From Chthoniobacterales bacterium (lineage in GTDB: Bacteria > Verrucomicrobiota > Verrucomicrobiia > Chthoniobacterales > Chthoniobacteraceae), in the NCBI GenBank assembly GCA_038207335.1, contig JBBQZX010000010.1:96379-160378 (forward strand): a stretch of 64,000 bases of DNA, read 5' to 3'. Under the pieces are notes generated by a model that saw nothing but the letters and a program-made list of their open reading frames with translations, made no database searches and was not told the DNA's origin. The translations under genes and the position numbers were made by a program. Each line of letters starts with the position of its first letter. Within the stretch, counting starts at the first letter, position 1. Positions 38,201 through 46,830 of the stretch are shown piece after piece.

Positions 38201-41136
38201 GGACGCTGGTCGAGACGACGGGCGTGCTGGACAACGTCAACAGCAACGCCAGCGCAATTGCCAACAAGCTAGATGCACAACTTCTCAACGAGGGCGAGGC
38301 GCTGCTGGACGAGGTCGAAGCCACGCCGGCGGGCGGCTCGAATCTCGTGACGAACGGCGGCTTTGAAAGCGGGATCGGCTCATGGCTTGTCCAAGGCAGC
38401 CACAATACCTCGGTCCTCGAAAACAGCGGCTACGCAGGCGCCAAGTCGCTGCGCCTCGTCGCCACCGGCCGCGGAGATCCTCTGCCAAACCATGTGCGCA
38501 CACCGTTGAGCGCAACCATCGCCGCCAATACGACCGCCACCATCCGGGCTCGCGCGCGCTGGTTGCACGGTTCGCCGGACTTTCTCCTGCGCCTGCGCGG
38601 TGGCGGCTTGGAGGCTTACGGCGCGTTGATAGTGCCGACCAATCTCGGCACGCCCGGAGCGGCTAACAGCCGCGCAGTCACGAACGCCGCCCCGGCCATC
38701 ACTGATGTGCTCCATCGCCCCGCGCTGCCGGCGGCTGACGTGCCGTTCCGGGTTTTTGCCCGGATCAGCGACCCGGATGGAGTCGCCACCGTGCAGTTGA
38801 AATATCGCGTCGATCCCTCGGCAACTCTGAGCACTGTGACCATGGTTGACGATGGCAGCAACGGCGACCTGCTCGCGGGCGATGGCATCTTCACCGGCGC
38901 CATCCCCGCGCAAGCTGCCGGCAACTTGCTCGGCTTCACGATCACGGCGACCGATTCGGCCACGGTAAGCACGGTTTTTCCGCCGACCGGCGAGTGCCTG
39001 GCGCGGGTCGGCGACAACCTGCCGACGGGTGCATTTGGCGCATACTCGATGTGGATCACCAACTCCACGCTCACCGCTTGGACGAATCGCTTGCTCAAAA
39101 CCAACGAGCCTTTTCCCATAACTTTCCTACACAATAACAGCCGGATTTTCTACGGAACCGGCGCGCACTTTGCCCAATTCGCGGAACCTGCCAACTCCAA
39201 CCCGACCAACACGATCATCGGCTACGGCATCGACTTGCCACCCGGCGAAACGCTCTTGGGCGAGAATCAGGTAACTCTCGATATTCCGATTCGCGACGTT
39301 ACCAATCAGCGCGAGCAGCTTATGCACTGGATGCTGGAGCAGATGAACCTGCCGACGCTCTACCGGCGGGATGTCCATCTGATGGTTAACGGCGTGCGCC
39401 GGACTTCGGCGATCGTGCCGATCTTTCACGATTGTCATCAGCCGGGCCGCTCCCATCTCGACTCCAACTTTCCCAACGATGCGAGAGGGCATCTGCTCAA
39501 GACGAGCCGCTGGGACGAAACGAGCGACGCGAATGGCGTGCTGGCCGGCGATTTCAACTCGCTGCTCCCCTTCACCACCACGGACGGAGTCTATAAAACC
39601 GCCCGCTATCGCTGGTGTTGGATGCCGCGCTCGGCGCAGGGCAGCGAGAACGACTTCGCCGATTTTTTCAACCTCGTCACCGCCGCGAACATCGCCGGCA
39701 GCGGCGCTCCTTATGTCGATGGAGTCAAGGCTCTCGTGGACGTCGATCAGTGGATGGCCAACTTCGCCTTCGCCGACCTCTGCGCGTTCTGGGACACCTT
39801 CGGCAATCCGAACCACAAAAACGCCTACCTTTACAAGCCCACCCTCGACCGGTGGAAAGTCATCACCAACGACATGGACGTCGGCCTCGGTGCCGACAAT
39901 TCGAACCATCACCCGTCCACCGAGCCGCTCTTCGCCGCTGGGGTCGATACACCGGTCCAGAAAATGTACGACACCCCGGCGCTCGTGCGCCCTTACTGGC
40001 GTGCCTTGAGCGACTCGCTCGGCACTTTTTTCAGCGGGAGCGCAGTGACGACGCGCATCACCCAGCGCTACAACGGTTACATCGCGAATGGCGTCGCAGT
40101 CGCCTCGCCCCTCGTCGGCAGCGGATTTTACAACCTCAGCATCCCCGCGTGGATCGACCTGCGTGTCGCCTACGTTCAGAGCCAGCTAAATACGGTCAGC
40201 GCACCTTTCGCGGTAAATGGCCCCACGACCTTTACCACGAATACTAGACCGATCACCATCACCGGAACCGCGCCGGTGAGCGTGAAGACAATCACTTTCA
40301 ACGGACTCGAAGTTCCGCTGACTTGGACGAGCACGACGGCTTGGAGCGCAAGTGTCAATGTCGCATCGGGCACGAATCCTCTCGTAGTGACTGCCCTCGA
40401 TAGCGCTGGCACGCAAACGGGGAGCGTAACGTTGACGGTCACCTTCACCGGCACGAACGCTTGGGCCGCGCTGCGCATCAACGAATGGATGGCCGATAAC
40501 AATGGTGCCGTTCTTGACCCCGCCGACGGCCATCCCGACGACTGGATCGAACTCTACAATCCAACCGGCGCGATTGTGAGTCTCGCAAGCTGGACCCTCG
40601 GCGATACCATGCCGATGCCGACCACCTTCGTCATCCCATCCGGCTATAGCATCGCCGCTGGCGGTAGGCTCCTTGTCTGGGCCGACAACGAAACCGTGCA
40701 AAACACCGGCAGCGGCCAACTTCACGTCCCCTTCAAGCTCAGCTCGAGCGGCGAAACGCTTACACTGCGCTCGCCCGACGGCACGCTCGTGGACACCGTC
40801 ACCTTCGGCACACAGGTCCAAAATATCAGCCAGGGACGCACTCCCGACGGCGGCACCACCATCGACTTTCTCTCCACCCCCAGCGCTGCCACCGCCAACG
40901 CCGCACCTGTCGCTCCGCCAGCGGCAACCGTTGGCAACGGCACGCCCGGAAACGTGAGCATCATCGTCAACACCACGCCCGGCTTCCGATACCAGCTCCA
41001 AGTAAAGGCCAGCCTCACCGACGCAACGTGGATAAACTCGGGCGCCGCCTTTCTCGCCGACAGCACGACACACGAGTTCACTGATGTCGCGACCGGACAG
41101 ACCCAACGCTTCTACCGCGTCGTCCGCACGCCGTAA
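35236..41136 (+). CDS. Giant secreted lamin-tail-domain / CotH-kinase-like protein
   Basis: Signal peptide; Ig-like domain (ISAQPQ..YQW..DAGSYTV); four LTD-like starts (FSEINPHP, INEIFAH, INELYFHP, INEWMADN); CotH-like REQLMHW..KNAYLYKP..WKVITNDMD; ends QRFYRVVRTP. Confidence 0.85.
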   Translation: MSRFLSLATAAVALFLLSTHACAAGTFSVVSLTGDADSGITAGSAFTHAFNVNAASNGTVNGAVFTGTGQLAAGVNPTTNNYSTTGFTSSFVNNATSPVTGVVGGFMTTFRYNGNPASLTLKNLRIGQQYETTFYDSAYGGAGIRVQSITVSDGGSIVHDENAQPGGRLIYTFTAASNTLTFTFTPQTAGTFHLYAFSNRAVGPQALLTDNFYAPSNPTTTNLNFNLAARQGGTLVQSAGTIAWIGTGNAQVGNITGSIDGGNYLLTASSGKAALDHNFNGAESSSGLSISFDLAPDVTAVGGTNWNGISLGQSAADKSGAVSGAQTHFGVLFRGSAGTLQAYDGSTVLTPTEPSWGSTGVTSQLHHFELIITDSIDGNPFDGAGETRIQVYADGVLRYTFTKSGGGYAENYLNFQSSQVGGLDNLVIARLSSAPAAPVISAQPQPQMLWFGDSAVLSVIASGVPAPTYQWLNGGDPIGSATGSTLLLTNAALADAGSYTVTVTNASGSVTSTPAAVNVIYPNRWQRVAEPLAVSSKKTGFVFSEINPHPVTRLDGRNLEFIELYNTNPWPEDLTGWRISGDVNYVFPAGTIIPAQGFLVVAASPSDMQAVYGIPGVLGPWQGALSNSGGTLRLRRKNDAIVLEGVWSDGPAWPVAADGAGHSLVLARPSYGEGDVRAWSASAAIGGSPGTAEAPPASPQDHVLINEIFAHSTTAADFIELYNSSPLSVDVSGCFLSNNSTALTKFAIPAGTLLPPRGRVSFTQAQFGFSLKAEGETVYFTNAALTRVLDAVRYREQLPDTASGLSPDGEGAFRRLVSATPGAANAAAARGPVVINELYFHPITNDDQEEWLELRNLSGAAVSLADWRLSEGVTFTFPAGASIPASGYVVVAKNPARVQANHPGLSAGAIFGPFTGTLGDSGEEVVLRQPVTPAGGVVFFAPVDEVNYSDASRWAKWADGGGSSLELADARNTATPLWLDSDETAKAPWTLVETTGVLDNVNSNASAIANKLDAQLLNEGEALLDEVEATPAGGSNLVTNGGFESGIGSWLVQGSHNTSVLENSGYAGAKSLRLVATGRGDPLPNHVRTPLSATIAANTTATIRARARWLHGSPDFLLRLRGGGLEAYGALIVPTNLGTPGAANSRAVTNAAPAITDVLHRPALPAADVPFRVFARISDPDGVATVQLKYRVDPSATLSTVTMVDDGSNGDLLAGDGIFTGAIPAQAAGNLLGFTITATDSATVSTVFPPTGECLARVGDNLPTGAFGAYSMWITNSTLTAWTNRLLKTNEPFPITFLHNNSRIFYGTGAHFAQFAEPANSNPTNTIIGYGIDLPPGETLLGENQVTLDIPIRDVTNQREQLMHWMLEQMNLPTLYRRDVHLMVNGVRRTSAIVPIFHDCHQPGRSHLDSNFPNDARGHLLKTSRWDETSDANGVLAGDFNSLLPFTTTDGVYKTARYRWCWMPRSAQGSENDFADFFNLVTAANIAGSGAPYVDGVKALVDVDQWMANFAFADLCAFWDTFGNPNHKNAYLYKPTLDRWKVITNDMDVGLGADNSNHHPSTEPLFAAGVDTPVQKMYDTPALVRPYWRALSDSLGTFFSGSAVTTRITQRYNGYIANGVAVASPLVGSGFYNLSIPAWIDLRVAYVQSQLNTVSAPFAVNGPTTFTTNTRPITITGTAPVSVKTITFNGLEVPLTWTSTTAWSASVNVASGTNPLVVTALDSAGTQTGSVTLTVTFTGTNAWAALRINEWMADNNGAVLDPADGHPDDWIELYNPTGAIVSLASWTLGDTMPMPTTFVIPSGYSIAAGGRLLVWADNETVQNTGSGQLHVPFKLSSSGETLTLRSPDGTLVDTVTFGTQVQNISQGRTPDGGTTIDFLSTPSAATANAAPVAPPAATVGNGTPGNVSIIVNTTPGFRYQLQVKASLTDATWINSGAAFLADSTTHEFTDVATGQTQRFYRVVRTP

Positions 41137-41218
41137 CGCGTTCCCACGGTGATCGGCACTGTGTTTTTGCGCGGGCGTTGGCTTTGACTTATTCCCGATC
41201 AGCGTGCCAAATCTCACC

Positions 41219-42805
41219 ATGAAAGCCTCAGGTTTCCCTCTCACATTCATCCCGTTGTTCGTCGCGTTGGCTCATGCGCCACTCTTCGCGGAAAACTCGA
41301 AAGAGGGGCCAAAAACAGAGGCAACTTCAGCTCCTAGCGCTGCCGAATCCGACTCGAACAAGCTCTCGGTGACGGAACACTCGGCGGTGATCGCGGGAAG
41401 TGCGCTTCAATACAAGGCGACCGCAGAATACCTCATCCTGAAGGACGAAACCGAGAAGGGTGCGAACAAGGACGACAAAGGCAAAGCAGCCGAGCCAATC
41501 AAGGACGGGCTGGAGCCGAAGGCGAAAGTCTTTTACATGGCCTATACGGCTGCTCCTGCGAATCAACCGAACCGTCCTGTGACTTTCGTTTTCAATGGTG
41601 GCCCTGGAGCAGCATCCGTGTGGCTTCATCTTGGCGCTTTGGGACCGCGCCGAGTGAAGCTCAACCCAGAAGGCGATGGAACTCGAGCACCTTACGAGTT
41701 GATCGACAATGAGTTTAGTTGCCTCGATCAGACTGACCTCGTCTTCATCGATCCAGTCTCCACCGGTTACAGCCGGCCTGCCGCGGGGGAAACCTCCAAA
41801 TCCTTTCACGGCTTTGGTGAGGACATTCAGTCGGTTGCGGAATTCATCCGGCTTTACACGACGACGAACAAGCGCTGGCTCTCGCCGAAGTTCCTCATCG
41901 GTGAAAGCTACGGCGGTACGCGGGCCGCAGCTTTAGTCGGAGTGCTTCAAGATCGCTTCGATCTATTCGTGAATGGCGTCGTGATCATCGGTGGCGTCTT
42001 CAACTGGCAGACCCTCGACTTTCGCTCTGGAAACGACCTGCCCTACACCCTCTTCCTTCCGAGCTACACTGCGGCGGCCTGGTATCACAAGCGGCTGGGT
42101 GAGAGTCTTCAAAAACTCACGTTGGAACAGGCGCGCAAGGAAGCGGAGACCTTCGCGAGCGGAGACTACCTTCTGGCTCTCGCCCAGGGAAACAAGCTGG
42201 CGGATGCCGAGCGGAAGAAGATCGCAAACAGGCTCGCCGCGCTCACCGCGCTGCCGGAAGATACGATCCTGCGCTACGATCTGCGCGTCCCATCGGGAGA
42301 GTTTCGGGATGAGTTACTCAAGAGCAAGAGCCGCTCGATCGGCCGATTCGACAGCCGGATAACAGGCATACAGACCGACCCAGATGGCAGCGACTTCGAT
42401 CCGAGCTTTGCCTCAATGCGAGGGAACTTCAACGCGGCGATCAACGACTATGCGCGGCGTGATTTGAAGTTTGAAACCGAACTGCCTTACCGGACGCTCG
42501 CTAATGTCGGCCCCTGGAACTTCAGCCAGTTTGAAAATCGATACCTGGAGGTAGGCGATAGCCTGAGGCGGTCGCTGTCAAAGGATCCGCATCTGAAAGT
42601 CTGGGTCATCGGCGGCTTCTACGACCTTGCTGTCTCCTACTTCGGAACAGACTATGCCTTGCGCCAGATGAACCTCGATCCTGCAATCGCCCCGAACATC
42701 CACGCCACCAATTACGAAGGGGGCCACATGTTTTACACTCAGGAAGCGCCACTGAAGCAGTTCAAAGCAGACCTCGTGAACTTCATGAGCAACACATTGA
42801 AGTAG
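41219..42805 (+). CDS. Peptidase S10 (serine carboxypeptidase)
   Basis: RPVTFVFNGGPGAASVWLH, DLVFIDPVSTGYS, GESYGG, YEGGHMFY. Confidence 0.93.
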   Translation: MKASGFPLTFIPLFVALAHAPLFAENSKEGPKTEATSAPSAAESDSNKLSVTEHSAVIAGSALQYKATAEYLILKDETEKGANKDDKGKAAEPIKDGLEPKAKVFYMAYTAAPANQPNRPVTFVFNGGPGAASVWLHLGALGPRRVKLNPEGDGTRAPYELIDNEFSCLDQTDLVFIDPVSTGYSRPAAGETSKSFHGFGEDIQSVAEFIRLYTTTNKRWLSPKFLIGESYGGTRAAALVGVLQDRFDLFVNGVVIIGGVFNWQTLDFRSGNDLPYTLFLPSYTAAAWYHKRLGESLQKLTLEQARKEAETFASGDYLLALAQGNKLADAERKKIANRLAALTALPEDTILRYDLRVPSGEFRDELLKSKSRSIGRFDSRITGIQTDPDGSDFDPSFASMRGNFNAAINDYARRDLKFETELPYRTLANVGPWNFSQFENRYLEVGDSLRRSLSKDPHLKVWVIGGFYDLAVSYFGTDYALRQMNLDPAIAPNIHATNYEGGHMFYTQEAPLKQFKADLVNFMSNTLK

Positions 42806-43007
42806 CTGCTTCTGGATTGTGGGAGATGACCCAATCCGCACCAATTAAACTGCTGTTTGTCTGTAGCAGGAACAAAATTCATGGAAGAGGAGTTGCTCGA
42901 TGATCTGCGCGCAAAACTCTCGCCTCATTTACTGCTGGAGCTTTGAAATCCACTGTGCGAACTAATATCCCTCCGACTGATCTCCCAGCTTTCCGAAGAC
43001 TATCTCC

Positions 43008-43478
43008 ATGAGCGACACCAGCACCCAAGGTGAAGAAAAAGTTCTCTGGAGCGGATCGGTTTCGCAATGGCATTACTCTGGCAGGTGGTTCGCCGTTGTC
43101 CTTTTGCTGTGCGGTGTGGTCGCTACTTTTTTCCTGCCGGTCTCCGATGATCCCATGACACTTTGGATCGTGAGAGGTGCGATGGCTCTCGCAGCTTTGG
43201 TTCTCGTGCTTTGGATTCGCCTCGATCGCAGCAGCCGCAGGTACACCGTCACCGACAAGCGCGTCAGCGTGGAGTTTGGAATCGTCTCGAAGCGGTCGAA
43301 CGAGTTGAGGATTCAAGACATTCGCAGCATCAATCTCACCACCACCGGTTTCTCTGGGTTGTTGGGAATTGGACGGATCGAATTCTCATCCGCCGCCACG
43401 GACGATGCCGACGTGATCTTTTGGAACACGCCACGCGCGGAAAAAATCCGCGACCTCATCCGATCGCTTCAAGCATAG
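43008..43478 (+). CDS. Membrane protein with bacterial PH domain (bPH_2-like)
   Basis: Two TM segments then YTVTDKRVSVEFGIVSK...LLGIGRIEF. Confidence 0.8.
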   Translation: MSDTSTQGEEKVLWSGSVSQWHYSGRWFAVVLLLCGVVATFFLPVSDDPMTLWIVRGAMALAALVLVLWIRLDRSSRRYTVTDKRVSVEFGIVSKRSNELRIQDIRSINLTTTGFSGLLGIGRIEFSSAATDDADVIFWNTPRAEKIRDLIRSLQA

Positions 43479-43516
43479 GAGAGTTGCGTTCTCGAAGCAT
43501 CGCGACCAGCGGGAAC

Positions 43517-44755
43517 CTACGACGCAATGAGTAGGGCGATGAGTGCTGAGAGCTGGGTCTCAAAGTCGGAGCGCTCGCGCACTGCGCCGGGACGCCAGTC
43601 GGCGGGGTAGAGATCTTCGGGGCCGAGCGGAATCTGCATCAGCGCAGCGGCGCTGTTTGAAGTGGCCCGATTGATCTTCGCTGCAACTTCTGGGTGCAGC
43701 TTTTGACCCGCCAGCATGTCGCGGAGTTGGGCAAGGTATCGGACGAAGATTCCTTTGAAGAGTGCCGCATCTCCCCGCGTTCCCATCTTCTCGACGATTA
43801 CGCCTTCGGAGGATAGGAAGCCTGCGCGGTCGAGAACGCTTTCAGCGACTTTCGAGGCTTCGTCGAGATGCGCACGAGTTCCTGTTGTCTGATAGAGCGC
43901 GCAGAGTCCGCCGATGTAGGCACCCTGATTGTAGCTCCAATAGTCGCCGAGATGGTGCGGCCCATCGACGATGCCGGTGCCGTCGTAGAGTTCGACGGAG
44001 TGGCACCAATCCACGGTCTTCGCAGCCCAGTCCAAATAACTCCGGTCGCCGGTCGCCTGATGCAGGCGGGACGATAGAATGAGGAAGAGGCTGTTGGTGA
44101 TCGCGTTGGGTCGCTGCTTGTCTTCGTCCTCGCACCAAAGCACACCGCCGCCTTTGTCCGGGTGCCAGTTCTTTGCTATGTGTGCATGGATGGTCTTCGC
44201 CGTTTCGAGATACTTTGCGTCGCCAGTACGGTCATACATTTTCAGCCATGTGACGCCCCACCACCCGGAGTCGTCGAGATACTCATTTTGAAAATCGGAG
44301 TAGTAGCCGCCGGATGAGCGAGTCTGCTTTGAGACAGTCGCCTTTTGGAATCTTTGTTCGTCCTCGTCGCTCCAACGATCTAGCCGCTTCAGTTCCGCGA
44401 TGACGCGCGTTCGCCTGGCGTCGGCGTCTTTCTGTAAAGTGTAGAGCGCGGCGACGTCGGCATCGTAGGTGGTCGTGCCTGAGACGTTCATGTAGTCGAT
44501 CAAAAGCTCGACGCCATTTGCCGAGGGCCACCACGGCGCGTTCTGCCTGCGCTCGAAGTAAGCGCGGGGGTCGAAGCCTTTTCCATCGAACCAGATGCAC
44601 GCCACCGGCGACCAGAAACGCCGGTTCAAAGTCTGAATCCCGTCGCGGACGCGTGAGATTGCCGCGTGTTGGGTGACGGGTGCAGCGTTGACCTCCGCGA
44701 CCGACGCCGAGGCCACGCAGAGCAGCAGGCAGGCGAGAGCGAGGAGGCGATTCAT
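43517..44755 (-). CDS. Glycoside hydrolase family 76 (alpha-1,6-mannanase-like)
   Basis: YLDDSGWWG (catalytic DD), GGVLW, NAITNSLF, WSYNQG, FKGIFVRYL; signal peptide. Confidence 0.88.
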   Translation of the reverse strand: MNRLLALACLLLCVASASVAEVNAAPVTQHAAISRVRDGIQTLNRRFWSPVACIWFDGKGFDPRAYFERRQNAPWWPSANGVELLIDYMNVSGTTTYDADVAALYTLQKDADARRTRVIAELKRLDRWSDEDEQRFQKATVSKQTRSSGGYYSDFQNEYLDDSGWWGVTWLKMYDRTGDAKYLETAKTIHAHIAKNWHPDKGGGVLWCEDEDKQRPNAITNSLFLILSSRLHQATGDRSYLDWAAKTVDWCHSVELYDGTGIVDGPHHLGDYWSYNQGAYIGGLCALYQTTGTRAHLDEASKVAESVLDRAGFLSSEGVIVEKMGTRGDAALFKGIFVRYLAQLRDMLAGQKLHPEVAAKINRATSNSAAALMQIPLGPEDLYPADWRPGAVRERSDFETQLSALIALLIAS

Positions 44756-44758
44756 TTG

Positions 44759-45835
44759 CTACGGGCGCACGATGCGGACGCGCTGGGAGTCAGTGTCTCC
44801 GATGAAGATCGTGCCGTTGGGATCGACGAAGACGCCGTGAGGGCGGTCGAGTGGACAAGCGAGCGGGTCGCCAGCGGCGCCAGCGCCTTTCTTGCCGGTG
44901 CCGGCGACGAGTTCGAGCTTGCTGGATTTTGCGTCGATGCGGCGGACGCTGTGGCTCTCGGTGTCGGCGAGGATCACGTCGCCATTCGGCGCGACTGCAA
45001 GGCCTTTGGGGCCGGAGAGCGTCGCGTCTTTCGCAAGGCCGCCGTTTCTGGTGAAGCCTTGTTTTCCCGTCCCCGCGACGCGCGAAATCGTGCCGGCGGC
45101 GATGTCGATTTTGAGGACCGCATTTCCCTCGCGGAGTGCGATCCAGAGATCTCCTGCGCGATCAAAATCGAGGGCCCGCGGACCGTTGAGCGGCGCGGTG
45201 GCGAATGGCGAGCCGTCGAGCGCGGGCTTCTTTTCGCCCGTCCCGGCGAAGGTCGAGATGATCCCCGTTTTCATCGCCACTTTTCGAACGCGGTGATTTT
45301 TTACGTCGCAAATGAAAAGGTCGCCCGCGCGGTCGAACCCGATGCTGTGCGGTTCATTCATCTCCGCTGCGGTCGCAGGCCCCCCATCGCCGCTGAAGCC
45401 GGCTTTTCCCGTCCCGGCGATCGTGGAGATGACGCCGGTTTTCGCATCGACGCGACGCACGCAGTGGTTCAACCGTTCGACAAAATAGACGTTTCCGCTC
45501 GCGTCGAAGCGCACTTCGTACGGCTCGTTCATCGCCGCCTGAATCGCCGCGCCACCGTCGCCGAAATATCCGCGTGTGCCGTTGCCGGCGAATGTCGTGA
45601 TCGTTCCGTCGGGAGCGACTTTTCGAATTCGCTGATTCTCCGTGTCGCAGATGAAGAGTGCGCCGTCAGGGCTGCGCGCGATTCCGGTGGGGCCGGAGAG
45701 TTGGGCGGCGGTGGCGGGGCCGCCATCGCCTGAAAACCCATTTTTCCCGGTGCCGGCAAAGGTGTCGATGGTGGCGGCACGCGTGGCGGAGAAGGCGAGC
45801 GCGAGCGCGGCGAGGAGAGGCAACGGGGAGTTCAT
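44759..45835 (-). CDS. Secreted NHL-repeat protein
   Basis: Repeats AGTG..GFSGDGGPAT.A.L..P.G....G.LFI.D..N.R.R; signal peptide MNSPLPLLAALALAFSATRA. Confidence 0.9.
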   Translation of the reverse strand: MNSPLPLLAALALAFSATRAATIDTFAGTGKNGFSGDGGPATAAQLSGPTGIARSPDGALFICDTENQRIRKVAPDGTITTFAGNGTRGYFGDGGAAIQAAMNEPYEVRFDASGNVYFVERLNHCVRRVDAKTGVISTIAGTGKAGFSGDGGPATAAEMNEPHSIGFDRAGDLFICDVKNHRVRKVAMKTGIISTFAGTGEKKPALDGSPFATAPLNGPRALDFDRAGDLWIALREGNAVLKIDIAAGTISRVAGTGKQGFTRNGGLAKDATLSGPKGLAVAPNGDVILADTESHSVRRIDAKSSKLELVAGTGKKGAGAAGDPLACPLDRPHGVFVDPNGTIFIGDTDSQRVRIVRP

Positions 45836-45934
45836 GTGGGCTTGGTAGCCGGGCTCGAGGAAGTCGACAACATTTCGTCCTCGCAAACACAGTTTGTCTC
45901 TAAACGCCTCCTCGCCGATGATGTCCAATTCCAC

Positions 45935-46426
45935 ATGCGCGCCCGCGACGGATTCACGCTGCTCGAAATTTGCCTCGCGATCGTGATCGCGCTGCTTTTG
46001 CTCGGTCTTGCGCTGCCACTCATCGGCGGCATCAATTCGGAATCCAAACTCAACGCGACGCTCGAGCGCTTCGACGATTTTGCGCGGCAGGCGCAGCTCC
46101 TCAGCGTGTCGGAGCGGCGCGCTTTCGTGATGGTCTGGGATGAGGCCGGCATCTCGATCGAGCCGGAATCTCCGCTCGCCGAGGATCGCGACAAAGACTG
46201 GCCGCGGCTCGATTTTGAAAAGGATGAAGTCCTCAACATCGAGCGCACCGCCGCGCTCGAGGAAAAGCCGCCTATGGAATGGCCATTCTGGCGCAGCGGC
46301 ACATGTGAACCCATCGTGGCGACCTACAGCGGGCCGGCGGGCTCGTGGGTCGTGAAATACGATCCGCTCACCGTTCGTCCGACCGTGCTGGAGCAAAATT
46401 TCGGCGTGCAGAAAAAGAAGACATGA
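45935..46426 (+). CDS. Type II secretion minor pseudopilin (GspH-like)
   Basis: RDG|FTLLEICLAIVIALLLLG; first gene of an overlapping-codon operon. Confidence 0.75.
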   Translation: MRARDGFTLLEICLAIVIALLLLGLALPLIGGINSESKLNATLERFDDFARQAQLLSVSERRAFVMVWDEAGISIEPESPLAEDRDKDWPRLDFEKDEVLNIERTAALEEKPPMEWPFWRSGTCEPIVATYSGPAGSWVVKYDPLTVRPTVLEQNFGVQKKKT

Positions 46427-46830
46427 GACTCCGCGGCGCACAATCCACGCGCGGATTCATTCTCTTGGAGGCTGTGCTCGCGGTGCTTATTTTCTCCGTC
46501 GGCGTGCTAGCGCTCGGCAAATGCGTGGAGAATTGCCTGAACGCCGACCGGCTCAAGGAAGAGGACGCGCGCGCCATGCAGGTGCTCGAAAATGCGATGG
46601 CCGCAGTCGAGGCGGATGCCACTCCGCTCTCGGAATCCGCGAGCGAAGATTTGAAGGGCCGATACGCCGGAATGGTGCTGAAGACGACGCGCAAACCGCT
46701 CAACGAGAAGAACGAAAAGGGACAGGACATCTTCGGGATCAATATCGTGACACTGCAAGTCGCGTGGACGAGCGGCGGCGAAAAGCAGTTGCGCGAACTC
46801 ACGTTTTTCCACTCGCCGAAACCGAGATGA
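46423..46830 (+). CDS. Minor pseudopilin (GspI-like)
   Basis: TRG|FILLEAVLAVLIFSVGV; ATGA overlap with the previous gene. Confidence 0.75.
   Translation: MRLRGAQSTRGFILLEAVLAVLIFSVGVLALGKCVENCLNADRLKEEDARAMQVLENAMAAVEADATPLSESASEDLKGRYAGMVLKTTRKPLNEKNEKGQDIFGINIVTLQVAWTSGGEKQLRELTFFHSPKPR

Noticed and set aside
42881..42946. 21-codon ORF MEEELLDDLRAKLSPHLLLEL
   Set aside because: Too short to support; no motif or conservation evidence available.
45836..46441. N-terminal extension of the NHL ORF to 560 aa
   Set aside because: It overlaps the GspH-like gene on the other strand; the signal peptide begins at 45835.
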